DNA of 64,000 nucleotides from Sarea resinae (taxonomy: Eukaryota), in the NCBI GenBank assembly GCA_026026165.1, contig JAPEUD010000006.1, positions 62,001 to 126,000 on the forward strand, read 5' to 3'. Numbering within the stretch: position 1 is the stretch's first letter; each line of letters opens with the position of its first letter. A program made the position numbers and the translations under genes. The notes under the pieces were generated by a model that saw only the letters and a list, made by a program, of their open reading frames with translations, was not told the DNA's origin and did not search any database. Below, in pieces: positions 47,814 through 61,161 of the stretch.

Positions 47814-48942
47814 GTATGGGAAAGAGATAAGAAGCCTGGATTCTCCCGTCGCATGCGGATATGAGGTTAAGAGGCACCGATGTGCATGGTGTTTATGCGA
47901 AGAGAGTTAGAGAGTCGGAGAGTTTGGGGGGAGAAATGGGGGCAAGGATGGTCGGCAAACAAGTCGGCCAGTTGGCTTTTGCCTCCTTTTGGGCTATCGT
48001 GAAGGTTGATCTCAGAAGTTATCTCAGTGCAATCTCCATTCCTTGATGCTGTTCCCGCCAATAACCCGTCGATCGGTCGGTTCGATTTAAATTGCAGTCG
48101 AGATAGAGCAGCGGCGGGTGGATGAATGAGGGCAGACGGCGAGCAGGTTTAGCCGTCGAGAGGCATCTCGAGAGAGAGTGACTTGTGAGTACTAGACTCC
48201 AGACAGCCCAGGAGATGCTCGTCGCCTCCCATTCACCAATTTTGGTGTGGCTATTGATAGAATGCTCGTACTCCTCGTATCGTCCCGTACCCTTCGAGTA
48301 CCGTGTCTCGACTGAAATCCCGCCTGTCGCGTGTCCAGCTCCCGACGCCAAGCATCGAGTGCAGCGTCTTATCATTCCAACCTCCATACCAAGAACAACA
48401 AGACTCACGATGAGCTTCTCCCGTGGATGCAGAGATTGCTACAGGACGAGGTATACGAAGTTCAGAGTAGACAGAGCTTAATGCCCCTTTCCCACTCCTG
48501 CGTCGTCTTTTCCGATTGAATGCATGACAGAGGAGCCGATCAGGATTCCGTGTTGGCACGCATGAAGCCAGCAAGCCATGGAACCATGAAACCATCAAGC
48601 CACCAGCTGCAGTGAAGCCCGAGAGCGGCCCTGAGAGCTGAGAGCTGAGAGTGGAGGCGTCTTGGCGAGTCTCTCTTAGCACGAAGGCATGCTCTTACCT
48701 GCGAGTACCCAAGGTAGGTACATGTACTTTACTTACATCCAGAGTCCGTGGGAGCTGTACACTGGTACTTCGTACTCCGTACCGTCAACCGTCAATGGCT
48801 GCTTACATAACCCATTGATGGCCGATGAATCCAAGTTGATGATGGATGATGGATGATTGATACGGCGATGATGAGACACGGCATCACTTGACCGCCTACC
48901 TAGTGGCCGCCATCTAGATACTCCCATCCTGCTCGCGGCACG

Positions 48943-51711
48943 ATGAACGCCTTTGCCGGTGGCGGCTCTTCTTCGGAATCCTCCGACGAGGGTGATGACT
49001 TGCTGTTCCCCTCGACAGATCCGGCAGCCGACGAGTTCGAGGGGCCTCGCCGCAAGAGACGGAAGACTGGCCGTGACGCCAAAGAGAGTGCAGCTCTGGG
49101 TATCTTTGGGTCTGAAAGTGAAGATGACACCACGAGACCTGGTCAGAGATGGAAGGCGAAGAGTCTTCGTGGGAAGGGTGTCGGCTTCGTGAAATCGGGA
49201 ACGGCCGAGGACGAGCAAGAGGAAGGGAGCGATGAAGAGGAAGAGGAAGATGCGGAGATGGAGATGGGGAATACGGGAGTAGAAGAGACGGCTGGACTGA
49301 GAGGATTAGGTTGGCATACCCCCAAGGGCCGGCCAGATGAACAGCCCCAGGAAGCACGCCCTTCCCTGGGAACGCCGCTGGGCCAAGGTTTCGTGCCTTC
49401 TTCTGCGAAACAGCCGGTCCTAAATTTCGCGCCTCCTGTCGATGAGCCTTCCACCCCCAAGATTGCTCGGCCTTCCTTTACTTCTCCGATGCCATCGGCT
49501 GGAAACCGTGGCCGCGGAAAAGGCACGCCTGCGGTCCCGTCCGCCAACCCCAACTCTTTTGCGGCGAGAATGATGGCAAAAATGGGATATGTGGCCGGCC
49601 AGGGTTTAGGGACTTCGGGTCAGGGAATACTGAATCCCGTTGAAACCAAGCTCCGTCCGCAGGGCGTGGGTCTGGGTGCCGTTCGAGAGAAGACAGAGCA
49701 GGCCAGGGCCGAAGCTCGCAGGGAAGCCGAGCGGAGAGGGGAAGTAGTGGAGGACTCTTCGGAGGAGGAGCGCAAGCGGCGGAGGAGACAGAAGAAAGAA
49801 AAATCGAGCCGGAGCGGCACGAGCACGCCGGTCGGTGGAAGACCTAAGCAGAAGCTAAAGTACCGTACGGCTGCAGAGATCGAGGCCGCTGCCGATGGCT
49901 TGGAGGTGCCAAATGTGCTCAAGTCTATCATCGATGCTACTGGGAAGGAGAAGAAGCTGCTCACGTCAACGTCGGGCTTGATGACCCCGGTCGAAGGAGC
50001 TTTGTCATCCGAATCCGAAGCTGCAAAGATTGCCAGGAGAGCCCGACTCGACCTGGAAGCGTTTGCAGATGAATGGAATGGTCTTACAGAACGGAAAAAG
50101 TACGCCTTGGTTCTCGAGGAGCAGTTGAACAAGGAGCTAGGTATACAGCAAGAAGAGATAGGGCAACTCAGAGGGGTCACGGAAGCTGTGCAAGGCTTGA
50201 GTCATCTGCAGCTAGATCAGATCAGTGATCCGAAGGCACTGGATGCCTGCTGGGGGGACATTGTCGGCAAACTCGAGACTCTGGAAATCGAATTTCGAGA
50301 CGAGATCGAGGCCTTTGGACTTTCCGAGGTGGCCGTTGCCGCGCTGCACAAGCCATTTCAACTTCAAGTTGAGGATTGGGCTCCCTTACAACAGCCGACG
50401 CATCTGGTCTCCCATCTCCAACGTCTGCGCACGATCCTTGGAGTGAAGTCGGAGGAAGACAGCAATGCGCTGGCGTTGCAGAACGGGCGTTTCGACATGC
50501 CTCACCAAAGCCGATCCACGACGTTCTACGAGACGATGATCTACAGTCTCTGGCTTCCAAAGATTCGGTCCGTCATCACCAACGACTGGGACGTCCACGA
50601 CCCATCCCCACTCATATCGCTCATCGAAGCATGGAAGGACCTCCTTCCCTCCTTTGTCTACCACAACCTCATCGACCAGCTCATCGTCCAGAAACTGTCT
50701 GGCGCAGTCAACGACTGGAACCCGCGCGTCAGCCACCACAAGAAACGAAGACAAACAACGTTGCCACCGCACGTCTGGCTCTTTCCCTGGCTGCAGTATC
50801 TTGACGCCCACCACACGGACCCGCGCAGCCCGACAGGCCTGCTCGCAGACGTCAAGCGCAAATTCCGCGTCGTGCTGGACACATGGGACATCTCACGCGG
50901 CACGATCCCCGGCCTCCAGAACTGGCGCGACGTGCTGCGACGCTCTGAATTCGACGCACTGCTGATCCGCCATCTGCTCCCCCGGCTCGCGCTGCACCTG
51001 CAGACGTACTTCTCCATCGACCCGTCGGACCAAGACCTCAGCCCGCTCGAGCACGTGCTTCTCTGGACGGACTTCTTCGCGGCGTCCGTCATGGCGCAGC
51101 TCCTGCTCGCCGAGTTCTTCCCCAAATGGCACGCGATCCTGCATCTCTGGCTCACGAGCGAGCCCAACTACGAGGAGGTCGGCCAGTGGTTCTCGTGGTG
51201 GAAGGCGCGGTTCCCGGACGCCGTCAATGCCGCGCCCGCTGTCGCGGCCGAGTGGGACCGCGGCCTGCAGACGATGAACCTGGCGCTCGACCTGGGCCAC
51301 GAGCGCGCCAAGACCGAGCTCCCGCCGCCGGCCGCCGGGCCCCTGCGACCGATCAAAGACCCTAATGATACCACTTCTGCTACTTCTGCCTCGGCCACCC
51401 ATCCCGCATCATCACGCGCCCCGAGCCGCCGCGACGGTGCCGCCGCCGCTGCTCCCGACGAGCCCCCCACCTTCCGCGACGTCGTCGAGGCCTGGTGCGC
51501 CGAGCAAGACCTCCTGCTGATCCCGCTGCGCGAAGCGCACGACCAGACGGGCGCGCCGCTCTTCCGCATCACGGCCAGCGCCAACGGCAAAGGCGGCGTG
51601 CTGGTCTATCTCAAGGGCGACGTGGTGTGGGCGGCCAGTCGGCGCGATCGCAGCGTCTGGGAGCCTGTGGGCTTGGAGGATGGCCTTGTTGCTAGGGCTG
51701 AGGGGAGGTAG
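48943..51711 (+). CDS. G-patch / GCFC-domain spliceosome disassembly factor (TFIP11 / Spp382-Ntr1 family)
   Basis: TIP_N-like KESAALGIFGSESEDD; G-patch SFAARMMAKMGYVAGQGLGTSGQGILNP...GLG; PHVWLFPWL, IDPSDQDL, EFFPKWH..LHLWL, EVGQWFSWWK. Confidence 0.92.
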   Translation: MNAFAGGGSSSESSDEGDDLLFPSTDPAADEFEGPRRKRRKTGRDAKESAALGIFGSESEDDTTRPGQRWKAKSLRGKGVGFVKSGTAEDEQEEGSDEEEEEDAEMEMGNTGVEETAGLRGLGWHTPKGRPDEQPQEARPSLGTPLGQGFVPSSAKQPVLNFAPPVDEPSTPKIARPSFTSPMPSAGNRGRGKGTPAVPSANPNSFAARMMAKMGYVAGQGLGTSGQGILNPVETKLRPQGVGLGAVREKTEQARAEARREAERRGEVVEDSSEEERKRRRRQKKEKSSRSGTSTPVGGRPKQKLKYRTAAEIEAAADGLEVPNVLKSIIDATGKEKKLLTSTSGLMTPVEGALSSESEAAKIARRARLDLEAFADEWNGLTERKKYALVLEEQLNKELGIQQEEIGQLRGVTEAVQGLSHLQLDQISDPKALDACWGDIVGKLETLEIEFRDEIEAFGLSEVAVAALHKPFQLQVEDWAPLQQPTHLVSHLQRLRTILGVKSEEDSNALALQNGRFDMPHQSRSTTFYETMIYSLWLPKIRSVITNDWDVHDPSPLISLIEAWKDLLPSFVYHNLIDQLIVQKLSGAVNDWNPRVSHHKKRRQTTLPPHVWLFPWLQYLDAHHTDPRSPTGLLADVKRKFRVVLDTWDISRGTIPGLQNWRDVLRRSEFDALLIRHLLPRLALHLQTYFSIDPSDQDLSPLEHVLLWTDFFAASVMAQLLLAEFFPKWHAILHLWLTSEPNYEEVGQWFSWWKARFPDAVNAAPAVAAEWDRGLQTMNLALDLGHERAKTELPPPAAGPLRPIKDPNDTTSATSASATHPASSRAPSRRDGAAAAAPDEPPTFRDVVEAWCAEQDLLLIPLREAHDQTGAPLFRITASANGKGGVLVYLKGDVVWAASRRDRSVWEPVGLEDGLVARAEGR

Positions 51712-52860
51712 GTAGGGGAGTTTGCTTTGGTTGGGCCGGAGGGGGGTGAGGGAGGGGGGGGGGAAGGAGAGAATGTTGGAACCGACTATTTGGTACCTAC
51801 AGTATGGTTTAGCGGACCGTGTAATTTTCGCTGGGGTTTGGCTTGATTAGTATCATATTGTATAGCATAGTTGACTTTCTATAGCAAAAGCAAAAGCAAA
51901 AGCAAAAGCAAGGACGAGCACATAATGTCTTCCCTATAGCCATGGCAAAGGAGAGAGAGATACAGGGGGAGAGAGACGTGCACCGACACATACACTTACA
52001 CATACACACACCTACACACGCGCGCTCGAAGGAATTCAGGTAGAGAAGAAGAAGAAGAAGAAGAAGAAGAAGAAGGGCTCATCTCATCCCACCACATCCT
52101 ATCCCATCACTTCATCTCATTTCCCATCCCATAACATAACATAACATAGCACAGCCAGCCAGCCAGCCAAGTAGACTGACAGACAAACAAATCAACTTTC
52201 ATTGAACTCTCTTGATATTGATACTGATACTGAGTCTAGTCCCCTCATTCTCCCTCATTCTCCCTCATTCTCCCTCACTCTCCATCACTCTCCCTTTTCT
52301 CTCTCTCTAGGATATCAAGCCTCTTGAGAGTAAAAGAGGAAAGTAGAGGACAGAGAACAACAGAGAAGAATAAAGATACAAAGTTCCAAACAGCGTGATC
52401 TCAGCCGGCCCCGCCCAAAACAGAGAACACCTTGGGATATCCATCCATCTATGCATCCATGCATTCATTCGGTATCCATCCATTGTGTATCCTAGAACGA
52501 GTCGAACGAGTCGAACAAGTCCAACGAGTCGAACGAGCCAAACGAGCGAAAACGAGCGCAGCAGCCATCCATCCATAGATCCCTTATTCAAAGACGGGGA
52601 GGGGCTGAGAGAAGAGACACAGAACAAGAAAGCCATGCGGCCGAACCCTGAGCCCGAGATGTGGGAACGGGATTAGAGCAGAGCAGACCCGACCACGCCA
52701 GACCAAACCAGAACACACGCACCACGCCAGACCATAACAGACAAGACCCGAAACCGAACCCGACTCCGATAATTCCACTAATCCTAGACTCCTGTAATCC
52801 TATAATCCTGTAATCCTATGATCCACTAATCCAATTACTCCGGTAATCCAATACTCCTCT
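51712..52860. repeat. Compound microsatellite spacer between convergent genes
   Basis: (GCAAAA)n, (GAA)n ~52044-52075, (CATAA)n, (CCCTCATTCT)n, (CGAACGAGT)n, CCTRTRAT 8-mers near 52790-52825. Confidence 0.85.
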
Positions 52861-52967
52861 AACGCTATACAACCATACCGATTCTCGAGAGTGATACATG
52901 ACCCATACACATTAACAAGAAAGCGGACGGATAGACCATCTCAGAATGTCGCCATGGGCAGAACGAG

Positions 52968-55900
52968 CTAAGTACGACGAGCTGGGCGGCCTCGGCGCTT
53001 GGGGCGTTCGGCGGCTGCTCCCGTGGGCAAGACCGGCGTAGTCGTGGGCAGTGCCGGAGTGGGGATCGCGATGGCTGTACCAGCGGTAGTGCCAGAACCA
53101 TGAGCAGCAGCAGGCAGACGCGCGATCTTGCTCGCTCGAGTCGTAGGTCTCGGCAGGGCTTTAGGCTTGGGTTTCGTCGCCGGGGCGGCCGCCGTCTTCT
53201 CATTCGAGACCGAAGACGGCTTCATCTTCTTGGCTCGCGGTGGGGGCGAGTCGGACGAGTCTGCCGATGACGACTGAGACGGGACGGTATGGGAGACTGA
53301 GAGCGGCCGCTTGAGATGCTGACGCGATGGCTGTTCCTGCTCCTTGGTTGATTCTTTGGTAGCCGTCTTTCTGGCTGACTCTTTGACTGCCGACGCCTTG
53401 ACACCCTCCCTGGCAGTCCCTTTCCATATTACCTCTCGAGCCGTCTCTCTCACGGGCCTCTTTGCCTCCTTGGTAGACTCTTTCGCCAGCTTTGTAGCCG
53501 TCTCTTTCACAGACATTTTCATATCTGCTGCAACGGCAATGGTATCGTCCGTCCTAGTCCTCTTCTTCGGCGCAGGTGTACCATTCTTACCCTCTTTCAA
53601 AGGTTGTATCACCCTCACACACCTGATGATCTGTGGAGCAGGCGGGATGGCTTTGGGATCGAGTTTGCCATTACGGTAAGATGTCGGCAGATGACGGGGA
53701 CTAACAACTACTCGTGTGTAGAGGAGCTCCTCGTTGCAGGGCTTCGGAGATGGCTGTTCCGGTTCCTTGCGCACGACCTTCTTCGGCGTGGCCGATCGGC
53801 TAGCCTTTTCCTTCCTGGTGCTTTTCTCTGTGGCCTCTTCGCCTTTGGTGACGTCCTTGTTGATCGCTACCTTGTCCTTTTCTTCCACCTTTTCTTGGAA
53901 AAAGTGTTCAAGTTGCTCGTCCCAGCAGACGGCCTTCTTCTTGCTGTCAGTCTTTTCACCATCTTTCATTCCGACATCTTCACTTCCTTTCGAATCGGCT
54001 TTCTCCTCAGCCAGGCCACCGTCGCCCTTGACATCGCTCTCCGCAATCTTAGCGATTGTTTTCAATGTGATGACTGCTGGGGTACTCTTTCCCTTGTTCT
54101 TTTTGGTATTGGCCCTAGTCTGAGCCGCTAATCTCTGGGCTTCCGTACCATGTGTCAACTTGACCGCCTCAGAGCCACCGGGCCTGCGAAGAGGGATATG
54201 ATTAGGGCCAGGAGGAGGAGTCTTGGATAGGGCAGGCAATCGGCTGCTGCTCCTGCCACTTCGCAATCGCCGAGCCGGTACTGGACTTTCTTCTGCGTTC
54301 TGATTTGCAGTCTGAGAATCCGTCTCCCTCTCGTTATTCGCTTCTTCATCATCATCTCCAATTTTGGTACGAGAGGGGGAGTTTCGGTCAAACGACTCGA
54401 ACGGATTTGTGAGTGGTGAGGGAGGGGGTGAGAGTGAAGGGGATGGTGATGCCGCGAGGGCCTTGCGAACAGTATCAGAATCTTCTCCGGCTAATTTGGC
54501 TGCTTTGCGAGCCTGTGCCCGGTCAAGGAAACTCTTTAAGAGATCTGTGTCGTCAGGAATGTACGTGGATGTGAGAGTTGTCTCAATAGTCTTCTCTGGC
54601 TCATTGGTCTCCACTGACTCAATGACCTTCTCGGGCTCAATAGCCTGTACCGCCGTCTCGGTTGCCTTTGAAGGCTCAATAATGATTGCTGACTCAGTGG
54701 CATCCACCAATTCGATGATGGCACTCTTTGGCTCCCTGCTATCTTCTATGGCCTCCCCCTCCTTGATGTCCTCTACCAGCTTGATGTCTTCAACCGGCTT
54801 TATGCCATCTGCTGGTTCGACGGACTCTGCCATATTCTCGAGTTCCTTCGTGGGCTCAAAGACATCTACTGGTGCAATGACCTTTGCCAACTCAATGGTA
54901 CTAGCCGGCTGGACAGCGTCTACCATGTCAATGCCCTTCTCTGGCTCCGCGGCCTCTGCCGAATGAATGGTATCTGCTGTATTTATGGCCTCTGCCAACT
55001 CGATGCTCTCTCCCATTTCGGTGGCATGCTCCGACTCAATTGAGATTTCTGGCTCGATCTCTTCCTCGAATGCCTTCATGGACTCAGTGGCTTGAGCTGG
55101 ATCAGTGGCTTCTGCCATTTCCATGTTCTCTGCGAGCTCGATATCCTTGGCATCTTCCGACTCAATTGAGGTTTCTGGCTCGATGTCCTTTTTCTCCTCT
55201 TCGAATGCCTTTACGGACTCCATAGCGAGGGTCGGATCAGTGGCTTCTGCCGTTTCCATGGCCTCTGCGACCTCACTATTCTTGGCATCTTCCGACTGAA
55301 TTGAGTCTCCTGGCTCGGAGACCTTTGTTGTCTCCTCGCCTGCCTTCGCCAGTTCGATGGCGTGGACTGGATCAGTATCTTCTGCCGTGACCATGACCGC
55401 CTCTTTGGTACCTACTTCTTTGAAGCTCTTTTCAAGTTCCATATGCTCTGATGACTCAATGGCTTTTGCTGAGTTGATAGTCTCTGCCGATACGCTATCC
55501 TCACCCTGGCCCTTTGACTCTGCCAGGTCCGAAAGCTCCCAGAGGATCAGGTCGTCGTCCTCCTCCTCTGCGAGGTTTTCTTGCTCTTCTTGGACCATCT
55601 CGTCTTCCTTGATGCTATCTTCTTTGACTGGTGTTTTCGGCTTGAATAGTAAAACGTCTCTTGCAGCCCGCTTGCCTATTTTGTGTTAGACTATACCACG
55701 AGTATTAGAGCCATATCATAATAAAATAACATACGCTTTGGTGTGGCCGCGTCGAGCCTGTCTTCCCACTGTGTGCCAATATGCATCGTGCGCGTCTTCT
55801 TGATCACCAACGGCTGCTCCTCCTCATCCATCCCCAAGCACCTTTTCTTCACCACCCTCGAGAGATCTGTCGCGTTCGGCAGCATTCTGTTTTCTTGACC

Positions 55901-56211
55901 CTCTCGTCCCGGACCACTCAAGCCACTCTCCTGGATCTGCGGATTACCAGACCGTGTACGCAACCCACGTCGCTTCCACACCGTACCCTTCCTCAATCGC
56001 GGCGCAAATGCTTGTTTTGGCTCACGTTCCCACGCGCGTTGGACCTTGACGGGCGCATCGACGTTCTTCAGCGAGAAATCATCGCCGGTGATATCACTAC
56101 TGCAGAGCCATAGTAAGTATCATCATCGCAGATCATAGTCGCGATCAAGGTGCGCTCGACATACCACACGGCGAACCCTGTGGTGGGCGCCGACTTCGAT
56201 GCGTCCTCCAT
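52968..56211 (-). CDS. Hypothetical protein (acidic repeat region, basic C-terminus); exons 56211-56165, ~56099-55734, 55675-52968
   Basis: GTATGT donors at 56164 and 55733 with CAG/TAG acceptors link MEDASK..., VQRAWEREPK...VWKRRGLRTRS and TPKRKR into the 876-aa ORF; DDTDLLKSFLDRAQARKAAK and TRANTKKNKG motifs. Confidence 0.72.
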
Positions 56212-56668
56212 CGTAGCAGCCACCACGCCGTTCCTCCGCGGCAACGGCGCCTTGTCGCAATCGATAGGATTGGGGAACCTTATGTAGCATTAACACCTGA
56301 AGCTCGAGTACAGTACCAAAGTGAAAAATGAAGCGTCAGTCGCGGACAAGTCGAATGTGATGATGGGTGTCGAGAGGATGGAGGCAGAACCGAGAGGAGA
56401 GAGGAGAGTGGTCGCTTGCCCTTGTATGTAAACAAACCAGCGGCCGACGGCCCATACCCGATTAGGGAAGGAATTCGCATGGACCCGCGCAAGGCCACCC
56501 ACCAAACGGGCGGCATCACGTGATGAGATTGTTCCAGTCCGGCAGAAATTGGACGACTTAACCTTACGGACCATCCGGACTGACTACCGTGATCGGGAAC
56601 TCGAGCATCAGGAAGCAAACAAGGAGCGACTTAGGCAGTCTCACACATCCATCGTCCATCTGTCGACA

Positions 56669-57160
56669 ATGCCGCCACCAAAGTCCACGGCAAAGGCCCC
56701 CATCCGCCTTCCTCCCCTGCCAAAACTGCGAGTGCGACGACCGAACAAAACCGATGCGAACCCCTGTGTGGGGATCATGTCCTCCGTTCTGGGTACGTTC
56801 TTCCCATGGGCACCACGAATGGCCTCTGCTGTGAGCTGGAGAACTGACTTTTCTGGGTCTATAGGTTGCTGGGCGTCGTCGGGGTATAGCGTGCAGGGAT
56901 GCGTTGGGCTGGAACAGCAGTTGAGAGCATGCATGGATGCGCCGGTACGCTGCCTTACATCCCTTTGCCGTTGCTCGAATGGACATCCGCAGAGATGAGA
57001 AGCAGAGAATCGATTCCATCGAAATGGGCTTTTTCTGGGAGCGAGCAATGACTGACTTTCATCAAACGAACAGAGACCGAAGACGCAAAAGAAGAACACC
57101 ATCAACTACCACTTGTCCAGACTGTATCCCAAGATCATTGGGCCTCACAAATGGAACTGA
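56669..57160 (+). CDS. MRP10: Mitochondrial small-subunit ribosomal protein mS37 (twin CX9C); exons 56669-56792, 56865-56944, 57074-57160
   Basis: RLPPLPKLRVRRP, C-VGIMSSVLG-CWAS, C-VGLEQQLRA-CMD, NTINYHLSRLYP. Confidence 0.92.
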
Positions 57161-57649
57161 TGGAACAATATAAGATGAGGAGCTAGAGATACAGATTAGA
57201 TGAGCGACTTGAAAATGTGTACAGAGGAAGCCGTCGGTGGCAGCAAAATTACTTTCTTTAGGGCATAGCGGAGAATGGGGGCTTAGGAATTATTAGACCC
57301 TCAATGGCGCAATGATATTTGGCTGTATTCTATTGTACATTAAGAGAAATACGTTGCAACCCTGCATTCACAAATATTGGAAATCTCTTCGTGATCGATG
57401 GTCATCAGATCTAATAATTTATAAAGCTATATACATGATACTAATATAAGTTACAGACTTGCTTTGCATACGCGTCAGAAGCCACCGAAGTCTCACAAAA
57501 GGCGAAGAGCTGCAACTAATTCAGCCTTCCAACAACATCTCTCCTACATCCAAAGAAAAGTCCTCAAAATTACGAAAGCACCATCGCCAAACTCCACGCT
57601 ATGTTTGCTTGCGCCAAGATCATTTCAGGGAAAGGGTTTTCCCTTAGCC

Positions 57650-60027
57650 CTATATATCCTTCTTCGGCTCCTCACTCCCGCTGGAGCTACCTTCCCAGGC
57701 GTCACTTCCCTGACTTCGCCGCCTAGTCCTCTCCTTGCCCCGTTCCCTCATCGCCTCATGGATCTTCTGATTGACCGCACTGAATCCGTCCTTGGAGTTG
57801 AGTGTGCTGAACCCCTTGACCGGAAAGCCCGCCGAGCCCACTAGCCCACCACTAGAATTGCTTCTGCTCCGAGTGTGATTGGGGGTGCTCGGTCGCGTCG
57901 CGAAAAGCCCAATGCTGCCAAGGTTCTTGAAAGATTCATTTCGAGGGAGATTTCCTTCCGCCGACGATCCCCCACCGATACTGGCATCCGAAGTGCTGGT
58001 GCGACGGGGAGTAGCAGGTGGCGAATAGGCGTCCGCACGAGTGGTTGGGGGAGGACTAGATGGAGTCGCTGGAGTATCTTCACGCCAAGGATCGGCGACG
58101 ATCCTCGCCGAATCGAAGTCAGGAAACATTTCTGGTCCAAATGTATTGATGACTTCCGTGACCTCCTGCGAGAGGGCCTCGCGCTTGGCCCGAAGCTTGA
58201 GGATTGTGTTTGACGAGAAAGGAAATAAGCACAGCACGAGCGGGCGGAGAGACTTGAAGATATCCATGCCAACTTCGCCGAATCGTAACGCGGTGAAAGT
58301 AATTATGGGAAAGAAGATCGCGCCAAAAGCGGCCACAGCCCAGAGTGGGACCCAGTCCGGTATATAGCCTTCTACCCGGTTGCGGTACGTCCACCACGTG
58401 AAGAGAACGATGTAGAAAGTATAAAGGAGCGGGGCAAGAGCTAGGGCTACTAAAAGCTTCCAAGTCGCCATTACATCCCGGCCCTGAATTTTAACCGTAG
58501 ACGCTGCCAAGGCCTCTCGCGACTTTTTGATGGAGATGAGCTTTCCAGCCACAAAGACGGGTGTGAAAAGCATCAGGCCGGGCAAAGTGACGATAGCCAT
58601 GACGCAGATCTTCAAAAGCCGATAGATGAGGGTAAAGACGACTTTGGGGATAGAGAACTTTGCGTATTCGACTTGATGGTCACGGATACCCAAATGCCAA
58701 AGCTGTTGATTGTAGTGAAGAACAGATTTCTTCAACCGGATTATGCGAGGATCATCCTTGTGTTGAGTATATCCTTTGACGAGCCGCCGATTCAATTCCA
58801 CTACCATTGGGAGTGGTAACTTCTTTCCCATGGGATTGTAGAGTCTCCTGGCGGCTTGAATCAACTGAAAAAGATTAGTATGGCAACGATTAGATGGGAA
58901 GGAATATTTACCATCAACGTGTCGTAGTCCGGACTCGTTACTGTTACAGCCACGAGAGCTTGGTAGATGGTTTCAAGTAGCTGACGCACAGACTCGCGCC
59001 TTTCTCCTTTCTTGTAGAGATCGATGAGCTCCTTGGGGACCTCGACTGGGTTCCCAAACTCGATGACAGCCCGAGATCGAAATTTATGCGCGTGGAAGTA
59101 GTTCATACCACAAGGTACAATCTTTAGTCCACAATCCGGATTGGCCGCCAACGCTCCGAGAGCCATTATCGCAACACCAGCTAATTTATGTCAGCAGAAT
59201 CCATGCACGCAGACCGCTAGACCCTGATCGTACCTTTCAATGGTAGGAGTTCGGTCCGATCATGGCTTCCTCCTTCTGGGAAAATGCCAACACATCCGCC
59301 GTCGTGTAAATGCTCGAATACAGCATTATAGACCTGGGTTTGGTCTACCTTGGGTGCCGTCTTATACTTCGTGCCCTGGAAGCCTTCAGCAGGGCCTGTC
59401 CCGCCCCCGGTGTCTGCGTTGCCTTCCGAGCCAGCGGATTCTCTTCCAGTCAATTGCTTGAATGCATCCTCTCCTCTGAATGCTCTCTTGAGTCGGATCT
59501 CCTCCGGACCATGAATCTCCAGTATTTCTGCATTTGCAGCATTCCCATTGACAGTAGGGAGAACGAGTAAGCCGCCAACCTGGACTGCCGACTTGTCGAA
59601 ATGAGTCCCCACCCCACGAATCAAAGTCTGATCATTTACATCCGGCAAATAGATCAACCCCTCTGCTGGTTTCGTGCTATCCATGGCCCGAGCCACAGGT
59701 ACGGCGCCCACATGACGTGAAAACCATCCGATAAACCTTCGTTGCATCGATTTGGCAGCAACCAGGAACGCAATTCGTCGATGGGATTCTCGGCGAACGA
59801 CACGCATGAGTAGCAGGGGATCAACAAACTAAATCATCAGTATCGGGTTATCGCGCATGGAGGCTCTAGCATACCTGATTCGCATGAGGGGCTGCGACGA
59901 TGATTACCGGACCCCGTCGAGGTAATTTCCACGAACCCCGCGGATGAACCTCCCGGAAGAAGAGATCTACCAATATCGAGAAGGTCCATAGCATAAAGTC
60001 ATATGTAAACTTATTAACCGGCGCCAT
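57650..60027 (-). CDS. Glycerol-3-phosphate / DHAP sn-1 acyltransferase (SCT1/GPT2 family); exons 60027-59875, 59828-59234, 59180-58912, 58864-57650
   Basis: FFREVHPRG, AAPHANQ|FVDP, GIFPEGGSHDRTELLPLK, VPCGMNYFHAHKFRSRAVIEFG, RDVMATWK. Confidence 0.94.
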
Positions 60028-61161
60028 CTTGGAGGTGATGCAACTGGCAAGACGGACTTCCCAGAGGCGTTTCGAATCTATGTAACAGGAAAGGCAGATC
60101 CAGGCGCGGTAGTAAGGGCACTTCTAGAGGAGCTATCGTACAGGCTCCCGCGGCCGCTCTTTACATGAGGCTGCAATCTGTCAAGACCTCTAGCAGAGCA
60201 AGGTATTCAGCACACCGTACTGAGATAACAAATACTCCTTGTCACAACAGCCGCCGCGGCAAGTGTGGAGGAAGCTGATGCGCACGTGCTCTCACTCTTG
60301 TTGCGAGACGTCAAGCACCTGTGCCTGGCCAATGATTCAGAGCCTGTGGCTGTGCGAATGAAGCAGCTAGGCAATAGTACTCGGGAAACAGGACGAATGC
60401 GAGAGAGATGGCTGATTGAGCAAACCAGCAGAGACGATAGAGGCCCAGCAGATTAATGTGACATCGGGCGATGATCTACCGTGGGCGAGTGATCGTATAG
60501 AACAGATGGCGACGAGTCAGGTAATTATGAGGTAGAGTGGTATGAAGGCAAGGTCCGGTAAAGATGGAAAATATTTGACGCGATATAATAACGTAGTGGG
60601 TGATACAGGGCCGTGCAGTAGCAGAGAGACAGGGAGGGAGGGAGGGAGGGAGGGTCAAGTTGGCGGGGGACGCCGGAGAGGGAGAGCCGGAGTAGGGCGG
60701 GTCACACATGGGCGGTGAAAGAAGGGAAAGGAACATAACCTGGAAGGAACATAACATATGGCTGGAACATGGAACATCATCATCCCGACCAGCCCTGGTG
60801 GGGTGAGGTGATGGTTCGTCTTACCGCCCGCTACGGTGCTCCCAGCCATCCATTTGCACATCCAATATCGATCCTCGCTAAATCTACTTGTTCGTTGTCC
60901 ATGCATCAACACCTTCTTCGTCTTCTTCGTCTTCATCTTCAACATCATCTTCATCATCTTCATCATCCCCATTATCACCATTACCTGCATCCTCACCCAT
61001 TTACGAATTATGACTCGACAAGCTCCGGATGGATATTAGAGGAGCTTCGTTACATTAATCATTCGGGCCGTTTACGATGCGTACTCGCCCACCACCATCC
61101 CATCTGCATCTCCAGCCATCATGATTGATGGTCCCTCATCTCACACATCCAACTCGACATC

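Noticed and set aside
60769..61128. His-rich ORF upstream of DLT1
   Set aside because: Product of (TCT/TCA)n microsatellites in the leader region.
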